Shown piece after piece: positions 49,982-58,293 of a stretch of DNA of 64,000 nucleotides. Origin of the DNA: an uncultured Pseudomonadota bacterium (GTDB taxonomy: Bacteria; Myxococcota_A; Polyangia; Fen-1088); NCBI GenBank assembly GCA_963847705.1, contig CAWKBC010000027.1, positions 320,001 to 384,000 on the forward strand. Reading direction: 5' to 3'. Position numbers and translations under genes: made by a program. How positions within the stretch are numbered: position 1 is the first letter of the stretch; the number at the start of each line of letters is the position of its first letter. The notes beneath the pieces were generated by a model. It saw only the letters and a list, made by a program, of their open reading frames with translations, did no database searches and was not told the DNA's origin.

Positions 49982-50959
49982 TCATCTGACGTTGTCGGTG
50001 GTGAGGGTCTCGCTCCGCCTGGTGGTGGCCCGGTCGGTGAGCGGTGAGGTCGCCGTCCGATCGATGAGCAGGCTCAAGAGCTCGGGCCGGCTGTAGTGAC
50101 CGACGCTGTCCATCATCCGTTTGCGCTTGGTGATGAGCGACAGGTCGAGATCGGCGTAGAGGATCCCTTCCCCCTCGGTGAGCGGCTTGCCGAGCAGCGT
50201 CCCCTCGGGCGACACGATGGCGGTGAAGCAACCGCCGCTCACGGCCCGCTCGAGGCCGGTCGTGCCCGCCACCTCCACCCGCTGCTCCGGCGTCAGCCAC
50301 CCGGTGGCGTTGACCACGAAGCAGCCTGATTCGAGCGCGTGGTGGCGGATGGTCACCTCGATCTGCTCGGCGAAGATCGGCCCCACCAGCGAGCCCGGGA
50401 ACATCGCCACGTGGATCTCCTCGTGGTCGGCCATGAGCGCGTAGCGGGCCAGCGGGTTGTAGTGCTCCCAGCAGGCCAGCGCGCCGATCCGGCCGACGCG
50501 GGTGTCGACCGCCCGCAGGCCGGCCCCGTCCCCTTGCCCCCAGACCATCCGCTCGTGGTAGGTCGGGGTGATCTTCCGCCGGTGGAGGACCAGCTGGCCG
50601 TCGGCGTCGAAGATCAGCTGGGCGTTGTAGAGCGTGCCGTGCGCGCGCTCGTTCACCCCCAGCACCACCACCGTCCCGGTGGTGCGCGCCGCCTCCGCCA
50701 CCGCCTCGGTCGTCGGTCCCGGCACGACGACCGACTCTTCGTAGAGGCGCAGGTGCTCCTTGCCCATCACCGCGGCCGGCTGGATGAACGAAAAGTACGG
50801 GTAGTACGGGACCACCGTCTCCGGGAACACCACCAGCGCCGCCCCCTCGGCGGCGGCGGCGCGGATGGCGGCGCAGACCTTCTCGGTGGTGCCGGCCCGG
50901 CTCCCGAGGACGGGCGCCAACTGCACGGCGGCCGCCCGGACCTTTCGATTCTCCGACAC
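49982..50959 (-). CDS. nitC: Nit6803-family nitrilase
   Basis: Catalytic triad [33 protein letters not shown], plus [20 protein letters not shown] start at 50959. Confidence 0.93.
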   Translation of the reverse strand: MSENRKVRAAAVQLAPVLGSRAGTTEKVCAAIRAAAAEGAALVVFPETVVPYYPYFSFIQPAAVMGKEHLRLYEESVVVPGPTTEAVAEAARTTGTVVVLGVNERAHGTLYNAQLIFDADGQLVLHRRKITPTYHERMVWGQGDGAGLRAVDTRVGRIGALACWEHYNPLARYALMADHEEIHVAMFPGSLVGPIFAEQIEVTIRHHALESGCFVVNATGWLTPEQRVEVAGTTGLERAVSGGCFTAIVSPEGTLLGKPLTEGEGILYADLDLSLITKRKRMMDSVGHYSRPELLSLLIDRTATSPLTDRATTRRSETLTTDNVR

Positions 50960-50967
50960 GCCGCCGC

Positions 50968-51450
50968 CTACAGCGTCCAGGTGTTCAAGATGAAGGCGCC
51001 GGCCTTGCGGTGGAGCAGCACGATGTCGAGCACGTCGAGCGGGCTGATGGGACGGATCCCGGGGATGAGCGCCGCCTCCGTCTGGCCGTAGAGCGCCGAG
51101 AGCGCGAACCGGCAGGCGTAGACCTTCCCGCCCTCGGCCATGAAGCCGCCGATCTTCTGGTTGACCACCAGATGTCCGGGAAACGCTTCGCTCCCCAGCT
51201 TGGGGAACCCGCGCTGCACGCCCAGCATGACGCCGGGGCCGTACAGAAGGACACTGGTCTCGAACCCCTTTCGCATCAGGCGCGTCGCCTGCAGCATGTT
51301 GACGAGGCCGATCGAGCCCTCGAACGGAACGGTGTGGAAGGTGACCAGGGCCTTTTCCCCGGGAGAGGCCTTCACGTCCTCGAAGACTTTCTCTTCGGGA
51401 TCGACCAGGAACTCTCCCTCCTTGTGCGGTGCGTGCGTCACGGCTGCCAT
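50968..51450 (-). CDS. nitB: MSMEG_0572/sll0783-family DsrE-like protein
   Basis: [68 protein letters not shown] upstream. Confidence 0.92.
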   Translation of the reverse strand: MAAVTHAPHKEGEFLVDPEEKVFEDVKASPGEKALVTFHTVPFEGSIGLVNMLQATRLMRKGFETSVLLYGPGVMLGVQRGFPKLGSEAFPGHLVVNQKIGGFMAEGGKVYACRFALSALYGQTEAALIPGIRPISPLDVLDIVLLHRKAGAFILNTWTL

Positions 51451-51499
51451 CTGAACCTCCTCGGCGCGTTGGTTGCGGTCGGTGTCGATCCCTACAATC

Positions 51500-51516
51500 A
51501 GCAAGGGCAGGGCCAA
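51500..51516 (-). promoter_or_regulatory. Sigma-54 (-24/-12) promoter of the nit operon
   Basis: Minus strand TTGGCCCTGCCCTTGCT = GG-N10-GC with TTGC, ~50 bp upstream of nitB and facing away from a divergent sigma-54 activator. Confidence 0.8.
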
Positions 51517-51610
51517 TCACCGGGACACGGCAGGGTCTTCGATGAAACCGGGGTCGTGGAGCGCTGAACGACGCGCGCGGTGTCAGCTCAATCGATGCAC
51601 CGTTTCCGGC

Positions 51611-51657
51611 TGATTTCGTGACGGCGAAGATCACGGCAGACGCCACGGGATCTCGTG
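51611..51657. promoter_or_regulatory. Candidate upstream activator sites
   Basis: Near-palindrome CACGGGATCTCGTG (51644-51657) and a related half-site GATTTCGTG (51612-51620), ~100-140 bp from the -24 element. Confidence 0.4.
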
Positions 51658-51710
51658 TTTTCCACCGCGAATTTGCGTTTTCGAAACGAACGTTCGCGTA
51701 GGCTGGTCGC

Positions 51711-53379
51711 GTGTTGTGGTCGCAGATCAGCGCGCCCGCCCCGGACGCCTTCAAAGAGCTGCTGCTGGAGCTCGCCCACGAGCGCTCGCTCGAACAGCTC
51801 TTGCCGCTGGTCACTCAGCGCCTGGCCGAGCACGAGGACGTCGCGCTGGCGCGCCTGTGGCTGATCGATCCGGGCGATCAATGTGGTGATGGCTGTCCCA
51901 ACGCCGCCACCTGCGGCGATCGCTCGCGCTGTCTGCACCTGGTGGCCAGCACCTCGCGCTCGCTCGACGGCGCGACCGTCGCGGCCAATCGATTGAACGG
52001 CGACTTTCGCCGCATCCCGATCGGGGCGTTCAAGGTGGGCGCGGTGGCGGCCGCCGGAGCCCCGGTCGTGGTGACCGATCCGGCGCACGATCCCAAGATC
52101 CGGCGGCCGGAGTGGGTGCGCGCCGAGCAGATCGCCGGCTTCGCTGGGTTGCCGCTCGACTGTCGGGGCGAACGCCTCGGCGTGCTGGGGGTGTTCGTGC
52201 GCGCGCCCATCACCGATGCGGCAGTGGACGTGCTGCGCATCGTGGCCAATCACACCGCCGCCGCCATCGCCACGGCGCGCGCCGTCGCCCAGGTCACCGA
52301 GATGCGCCAGCAGATCCTGCTCGAGGGCGGTCGACTGCTCCGTCAGGTCAACCAGAACGTGGGCGTCGAAGAGTTGATCGGCCAGAGCGCCCAGATGCGC
52401 GAGGTGCGGCGCCAGATCGCCGCCGTGGCCGCCACCGACGCCGGTGTCCTGATCCTGGGCGAGTCGGGCACCGGGAAGGAGCTGGCGGCGCGCGCCATCC
52501 ATCGTCTGAGCCCGCGCGCCGGAGGGCCCTTCGTCGAGCTCAACTGCGCGGCGATCCCGCGCGAGCTGGCAGAGACGGAGCTCTTCGGCCACGTGCGCGG
52601 CGCGTTCTCCGGCGCGACGCGCGATCGCATCGGTCGTTTCGAGGCGGCCGAGGGCGGCACGCTGTTTCTCGATGAGGTGGGCGAGCTGCCGCCGGAGCTG
52701 CAGGCCAAGCTGCTGCGGGTCTTGCAGGAGGGGACCTACGAGCGGGTGGGGGACGTGCGGACCCGCCGCACCGACGTCCGCATCGTCGCCGCCACCAACC
52801 GCAACTTGCTGGTCGAGGTCGACGCCGGGCGATTCCGACAAGATCTCTACTATCGGCTGGCGATCTTCCCCGTCTCGCTGCCGCCGCTGCGCGAGCGAAC
52901 GGAGGATCTGCCAGCGCTGGTCGAGCACCTGCTGTCGCGGATCTGCCGACGGCTCAATCGGCCGCCGCTCTCCCTGACGGGTGAGCAGCTGCGGGAGCTG
53001 GCGCGTCGCCGCTGGCCGGGCAACGTCCGCGAGCTGGTCAACCTGCTGGAGCGGGCGATCATCTCGGCGAGCTCCGACGAAGAGCTGAGCTTCGCACCCG
53101 TCCAGGAGCTGTGGGCGGCGCGCCCCTCGGCGCAGCCGGCGGGATCCTCGGTGGCCGTCCCGGCGCTCGAGGGTCCGCTCTATCCGGCGCGCTCACCGGA
53201 CGCCGCGGACGTCGTTCCCGATCTCGAGATGCGGCGGCTCGAGCGCGACAACTTGAGACGGGCGCTGGCCCGGACCGGCGGGAAGATTCTACGGCCCTGA
53301 CGGCGCCGCGGCGCTTCTGGGAGTCAAGCCGACCACGCTCGCTTCGCGCCTCAAGCGGCTGCACATCGAGACCCCGTAA
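51711..53379 (+). CDS. nitA: Sigma-54-dependent activator (GAF-AAA+-HTH), frameshift at ~53287
   Basis: [37 protein letters not shown]. Deleting one T at GATTC (53285-53289) restores the [30 protein letters not shown], stop 53379. Confidence 0.88.
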
Positions 53380-53380
53380 T

Positions 53381-54538
53381 TCACGTTGACGTCGGGCCCG
53401 GAAAACCGACGGGCGGCGCCCGCAGCGCGGCCGCGGCGAAGAGCGCCAGCGCGGCGACGGCGAACAGGGTCGCGGTCGGGGTCACGTGGCGCGCGGCCAG
53501 CGCGAGCAGCAGCGGGGTGCTGAAGCCCGCGTAGGTCAGCACGTAGTAAAGGCCGGCCATCCCGGCGCGGGTTTCGGGACGCGAAAGCGCCTCGACCAGT
53601 CGCAGCCCCGAGGTCATGCAGACGCCATAGCCCACGCCGAGCAAGGCCGCGGCGGCCAGCAGCGGCAGCGTGGCGTGCCAGACGACCGCCTCCGCGCCGA
53701 GGAGGACGCCGGCCGCGCCGACGAGCAGGCCCACCCGGGCGGCGGTGGTGGGCGCGATGCGCCTGGTGAAGGGCTGCGCGGCCATCCCGGCCGCCAGCGT
53801 GAGCGCCGCCAGCGCCCCCACGTAGCTGGGCTGAATCTTGCCGCCCGCCAGCGCCGGCAGCGTCGCGAAGGCGATTCCGGGAAAGGCGAACACGAACGGC
53901 GCCATCCAGACGACGCCGCGCAGGAAAGGGCCGCGGTTCGTGCGGTCGAGGCCGATCCGCAGCAGGGGACCGGACCGTGCCGGCGCGCGCGGGGACGCCG
54001 GCGTGCCCAGCGCCAGAGCGAAAACGAAGACCGTGACGAGCAGGTGGGCGAGGTAGGGAAGAACGGTCGGGTGCGGTTCGTACTGGGCCAACAGGCCACT
54101 CAACAAGGGGCCGAAGCCGAATCCGGCGGAGAGCGCCAGCGTCGCCCGGCGCGCGCCCGCCCCGGGAGCGGCCCCGGCCGACAGCTCGAGCAGCCAGACC
54201 GCGCCCGGATTCATGGCCGCGCCAGCCCCGACGCCATAGAGGAGCCGTCCGACCAGGAGCGCCGTGAAGCTGCCGCCCCCCGCGCCGAGGAGGGCGCTCC
54301 CCAGCAGCGTGACCACGGTGGCCGGAAAGACGAGGGCGCGTCGGCCGTAACGATCCGACAGTGGCCCCGAGAGCAGCAGGCCCGGGACCAGCCCCAGCGC
54401 GTACATGCCGAGCAGCGCCGCGGGGGCCGCCGCGTCCAGCGCCAGCGTCCCCTTGTAGACCAGCAACAGCGCCACGAAGTGGTTCGCGCCCCAGCCGACG
54501 CAGAACAACAGCAGCGCGATCCGCGCCCACGGCTTCAA
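53381..54538 (-). CDS. MFS transporter
   Basis: VGWGANHF, GPLSDRYGRR, GFGFGPL and multiple TM segments. TTG start is approximate. Confidence 0.85.
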   Translation of the reverse strand: MKPWARIALLLFCVGWGANHFVALLLVYKGTLALDAAAPAALLGMYALGLVPGLLLSGPLSDRYGRRALVFPATVVTLLGSALLGAGGGSFTALLVGRLLYGVGAGAAMNPGAVWLLELSAGAAPGAGARRATLALSAGFGFGPLLSGLLAQYEPHPTVLPYLAHLLVTVFVFALALGTPASPRAPARSGPLLRIGLDRTNRGPFLRGVVWMAPFVFAFPGIAFATLPALAGGKIQPSYVGALAALTLAAGMAAQPFTRRIAPTTAARVGLLVGAAGVLLGAEAVVWHATLPLLAAAALLGVGYGVCMTSGLRLVEALSRPETRAGMAGLYYVLTYAGFSTPLLLALAARHVTPTATLFAVAALALFAAAALRAPPVGFPGPTST

Positions 54539-54557
54539 CGTGGCCGACCGTTCCGCA

Positions 54558-54950
54558 TCAGCGAGGCGCGGGCGCGCTCTCGAGGAGCTGGCGGAGAAGA
54601 TCCGGATCGACGGGCTTGACGAGATGATGATCGAACCCGGCCGCCAGCGCGGCGCTGCGATCTTCCGGCTCGCCCGAGCCCGAGAGCGCGAGGAGCAGCA
54701 CCGCCGACGAGCCGGGGTCGGCGCGAATCCGGCGCGCCACTTCGAGACCATCCATCTCGGGCATTCTGATGTCCATCACGACGGCCGCATGACGCCCCTC
54801 GCGCGCGGCGGCCAGGGCGGCCGATCCGTCTTCCACCGCGGTGACCTCGAAACCCCACAGCTGCAGCACGATCTGGAGCGCCCGGCGCAGCATGGCGTTG
54901 TCGTCGGCCACCAGGATTCGGCGCTTGCCGATCTGCGTCGACGTTTCCAT
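54558..54950 (-). CDS. Single-domain response regulator
   Basis: ILVADDN..MDIRMPEMDG..LSG..GFDHHLVKP. Confidence 0.88.
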   Translation of the reverse strand: METSTQIGKRRILVADDNAMLRRALQIVLQLWGFEVTAVEDGSAALAAAREGRHAAVVMDIRMPEMDGLEVARRIRADPGSSAVLLLALSGSGEPEDRSAALAAGFDHHLVKPVDPDLLRQLLESAPAPR

Positions 54951-55007
54951 GGAATGCGCAGCATGACATGCGCACCCGACAGAAGGGGAGATACACTCCT
55001 GCCGATC

Positions 55008-56277
55008 ATGCTCGGGGGTGCCAACGACAGTCGCGCTGGATACGAGAGCGCGCGGCTCGAGTTGGCCCGCCTCCGCCTGGGCGGCGGCGACGCGCGGGCG
55101 GCGGCCATGCGGCAGGTGGCCCAGACCACCGCGCGCGCGCTCGGCGTCGAGCGGGTGGGGATCTGGGCCTTCAAGGGGGCAGGGGGCGGCCTCATGGGCG
55201 TCTGTCAGTTCGACCTCCGTTCGGACACCTTTCCGCCCACGGGGCTTCCCGACGGGCTGCCGATGCCGCTCTTGCTGGCGGAGATCTCCAAACGGAGGGT
55301 GGTCGCGATCGCCGAAGCCCGCACGGACGTCCGCACCAGCGAGCTCCGTCAGGGCTATCTCGACGTCAACGGCATCGAATCGTTGCTGGCGGCCCCGGTG
55401 ATTCGCGACGGGAACGTGGTGGGCGTCATCTGCTGCGAGCAGGTCGGCACCGTCCGCCCCTGGTCGCTGGCGGACCGCGACTTCGGAGCCTGCGCGGCGG
55501 ACATGGCCGCGCTGTTTCTCGAGCAGGCCGACCGGCTGGAGATCGAGGCCTCGTTGCGGGCGCGGCGGGAGAGCGAGCTCGGCGATGAACGCATGGCCTC
55601 GCTCGGGCGGCTGGCCCGCTCGGTCGCGCACGACGTCAACAACGTGCTCGGGGCGCTCGACCTGATTGGCGTGGCGCTGGAGGCCGACGCCCGGAGCGAC
55701 GTCGCCGGGCACGGCGCGGAGGTCCGGCGAACGGTCGACTTCGGCTCGCGCCTCGTCGAGCAGCTCCTGCTGTTCGGGCGCGAGTCGGCCGCCACCGGCG
55801 AGAGCATCGATTCTGACGCCGCTGCTCCAGCAAATCCAGCCGGTCTTGCTCCGCCTCCTGCGCGGCGCGCGCCTCGAGCTCGACGTCTCGGTCGCCGAGG
55901 GTGCTTTCGTCCTCGTCGATCCGTCCGAGCTGAAGCAGGTGGTGCTCAACCTCTGCGTCAATGCCGCCGAGGCCGTCGCCGCGGGGGGCCTGGTCCGGCT
56001 CGAGCTGCGCGAGCCCCGCGCCGACGAGCCTATCAGCCCCACCTCGATCGTCCTGGCCGTCGTGGACGACGGGCGTGGGATGGACGCCAAGACGCAGGAG
56101 CACATCTTCGAGCCCTACTTCTCGACCAAGCCGGCCGGGCACGGGATTGGCCTGGCGACCGTGTACGGGATCGTCAAGCGGGCCGGCGGAGCCATCCTCG
56201 TGGACAGCAGCGTCGGCGCGGGAACGACGTTTCGGATCGTGCTCCCCCGCGTCGCCCGGCCGGCCTCGCTCCGGTGA
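55008..56277 (+). CDS. GAF-domain histidine kinase, frameshift at ~55811
   Basis: GAF (VERVGIW, GIESLLAAPV..VGVICCE), VAHDVNN H-box. Deleting one T at 55809-55813 joins to NLCVNA, DDGRG, FEPYFSTK, GIGLATV. Confidence 0.85.
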
Positions 56278-58292
56278 GCGGGGGCCGCTTGGCGCGCGAT
56301 CCGATCGACGTTTTTCCCGGGCGTCCGCTGGGGTTGCAGGGGCGCTCGACGACCAGCGAGCGGGCGCGACTGAGGACGGCGCTGGCCTGGGCCGCCGCGC
56401 TGCTGATGTTCGCCGCCAGCGGATTTTGGGCGCATCGCAGTCTTCAGGCGGAGGTCGAGCGGCGGGTCGGTGACGACATGAAGGCTGTCCTCGACACCGC
56501 CGTGAACGGCGTCGGCGCATTTCTGCAGGGCGCGGAGCGGCTGGCCGCGCTGGTGGCGGAGGCGCCCGAGGTCCGCGCCGCCGCGGCCGGTCAGGGCACG
56601 ATGGCCAGCGCCCTCGCCCCGTTCGAGCGGGCCGGCAAGCTGACCGGCTACGTGGTGGCCAGTGCGGGTGGCGTCGTTCTCGAGTCGAGCGACGGATTCG
56701 CGTCGGTGGGACAGACCCTCCCGGCCGAGGCCTTCCCCGGCCTCGTCACCGCGTCCAGCGGGGCGCCGCGCGCCGGATTGCCGTTCCGGGCGCTCGACGG
56801 GCGGGTGCGAATCATGGTCGTCGTGCCGCTGCCGGGCGGCGCGCGCGCCCTCGGCCTCGGCATCGATCAAAGCGAGCTTTCGGCGCCGCTTCTGGCGGCC
56901 CGGGCCGGGCGGACAGGGGAGACCTACGCCTTCGACCGTCAGGGCGAGATGATCTCCAGCAGCCGCTTTCCCCAGCATCTGCGCGGCGCCGGCCTCATCG
57001 GCCCCGACGAAGACGATTCGGCCCTGCGGGTCGCCATTCGCGATCCCGGCGGAGACATGACCGAAGGGTTTCGCCCCCAGACGCAGCGGCGCGCCCAGCC
57101 GCTGACGCGGGGGGCGGCGGACGCGGTCGCCGGGCACTCCGGCGTCTCCGTGACCCCCTACCGCGACTACCGCGGCGTGCCGGTGGTCGGCGCCTGGACC
57201 TGGGTCGACGCGCGCGGCTTCGGTGTCCTGTCCGAGGTCGACGCCGACGAGGCCTTCGAGCCGATGCGGGCGCTGGAGCGGATCTTCGGGGCGCTCTTCG
57301 GCCTGGTGGCGGTGACCGGCGCGGCGGCGGTGGCGGCGGGGCTGTGGGCCGGGCGGGCGCGACGTCGCGCGAACCGGGCCGAGGCCGAGGTGCGGCAGCT
57401 CGGCGAATACGTCCTCGAGCGGCGCCTGGGCGGCGGCGCGATGGGTGAGGTCTACCTGGCGCGGCACGCTCTGCTCCGTCGCCCCACCGCGCTCAAGTTG
57501 CTCCGCCCCAACCAGAGCGATCGCCTGGCGGTCGAGCGCTTCGAGCGCGAGGTCAAGGTGACGGCGCTTCTGACCCACCCGAACACCATCGCCATCTACG
57601 ACTACGGGAGTAGCCAGGGGGGATCCTTCTACTACGCGATGGAGTACCTGGAGGGGGTCGATCTCGAGCGCTTCGTGGCCCGCTTCGGTCCCTGCTCCGA
57701 CGCGCGGGTGGTCCACCTCCTGCGCCAGGTCTGCGGCTCGCTCGCCGAGGCGCACGATCGGGGCCTCGTTCACCGCGACATCAAACCGGCGAACATCTTT
57801 CTCTGTCGCCGCGGCGGCGTCCCCGATCTCATCAAGGTGCTCGACTTCGGGCTGGCCAAGGTGGCCGAGGATCACAGCATGACCCGCGCCAGCGTGGTGG
57901 TGGGGACGCCCGAGAACATGGCCCCGGAGCTGTTCGAATCGGCGGACAAGGCCTCCCCGCGCAGCAATCTCTACGCGGTCGGCTGCGTCGGCTACTACCT
58001 GGTCACCGGACATCACGTGTTCGCAGGGAGCTCGCTGGCCGAGCTTTGCAACGCGCACCTCTCGAAGACGCCGGTGCCGCCTTCGGAGTATCTGGGCCGC
58101 ACGGTCGACCCGATGCTCGAGCGCGTGCTGCTCTCCTGTCTGGCCAAGGATCCGACCCGCCGACCGTCGACCGCGCGGGGCATCCTGGAGCTGTTCGAAC
58201 GCTCCTCGGTGGCCCGGGACTGGACGTCGGGCGACGCCGCCGCGTTCTGGGCCCGCCACGGCGACCGGATCGTCGAGGAGGGACCGGCCTAG
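56274..58292 (+). CDS. Membrane Ser/Thr kinase with N-terminal extracytoplasmic Cache-like sensor
   Basis: GTGA-coupled to the HK. TM, GRTGETY..S.SRF, YRDYRGVPVVGAW (Cache-like), TM, then GGGAMGEVY, TALK, HRDIKPAN, DFG. Confidence 0.88.
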   Translation: MSGGRLARDPIDVFPGRPLGLQGRSTTSERARLRTALAWAAALLMFAASGFWAHRSLQAEVERRVGDDMKAVLDTAVNGVGAFLQGAERLAALVAEAPEVRAAAAGQGTMASALAPFERAGKLTGYVVASAGGVVLESSDGFASVGQTLPAEAFPGLVTASSGAPRAGLPFRALDGRVRIMVVVPLPGGARALGLGIDQSELSAPLLAARAGRTGETYAFDRQGEMISSSRFPQHLRGAGLIGPDEDDSALRVAIRDPGGDMTEGFRPQTQRRAQPLTRGAADAVAGHSGVSVTPYRDYRGVPVVGAWTWVDARGFGVLSEVDADEAFEPMRALERIFGALFGLVAVTGAAAVAAGLWAGRARRRANRAEAEVRQLGEYVLERRLGGGAMGEVYLARHALLRRPTALKLLRPNQSDRLAVERFEREVKVTALLTHPNTIAIYDYGSSQGGSFYYAMEYLEGVDLERFVARFGPCSDARVVHLLRQVCGSLAEAHDRGLVHRDIKPANIFLCRRGGVPDLIKVLDFGLAKVAEDHSMTRASVVVGTPENMAPELFESADKASPRSNLYAVGCVGYYLVTGHHVFAGSSLAELCNAHLSKTPVPPSEYLGRTVDPMLERVLLSCLAKDPTRRPSTARGILELFERSSVARDWTSGDAAAFWARHGDRIVEEGPA

Positions 58293-58293
58293 C

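Noticed and set aside
57966-57968. Subdomain IX Asp-to-Asn as evidence of a pseudokinase
   Set aside because: Other catalytic motifs are intact and the site fits the GATCT error pattern.
54540-58292. 1250-aa ORF looking like a GAF-HisKA-Cache-Ser/Thr kinase fusion
   Set aside because: Artefact of the +1 indel at ~55811. The HATPase lies in another frame ending at 56277, and the kinase has its own coupled GTG at 56274.
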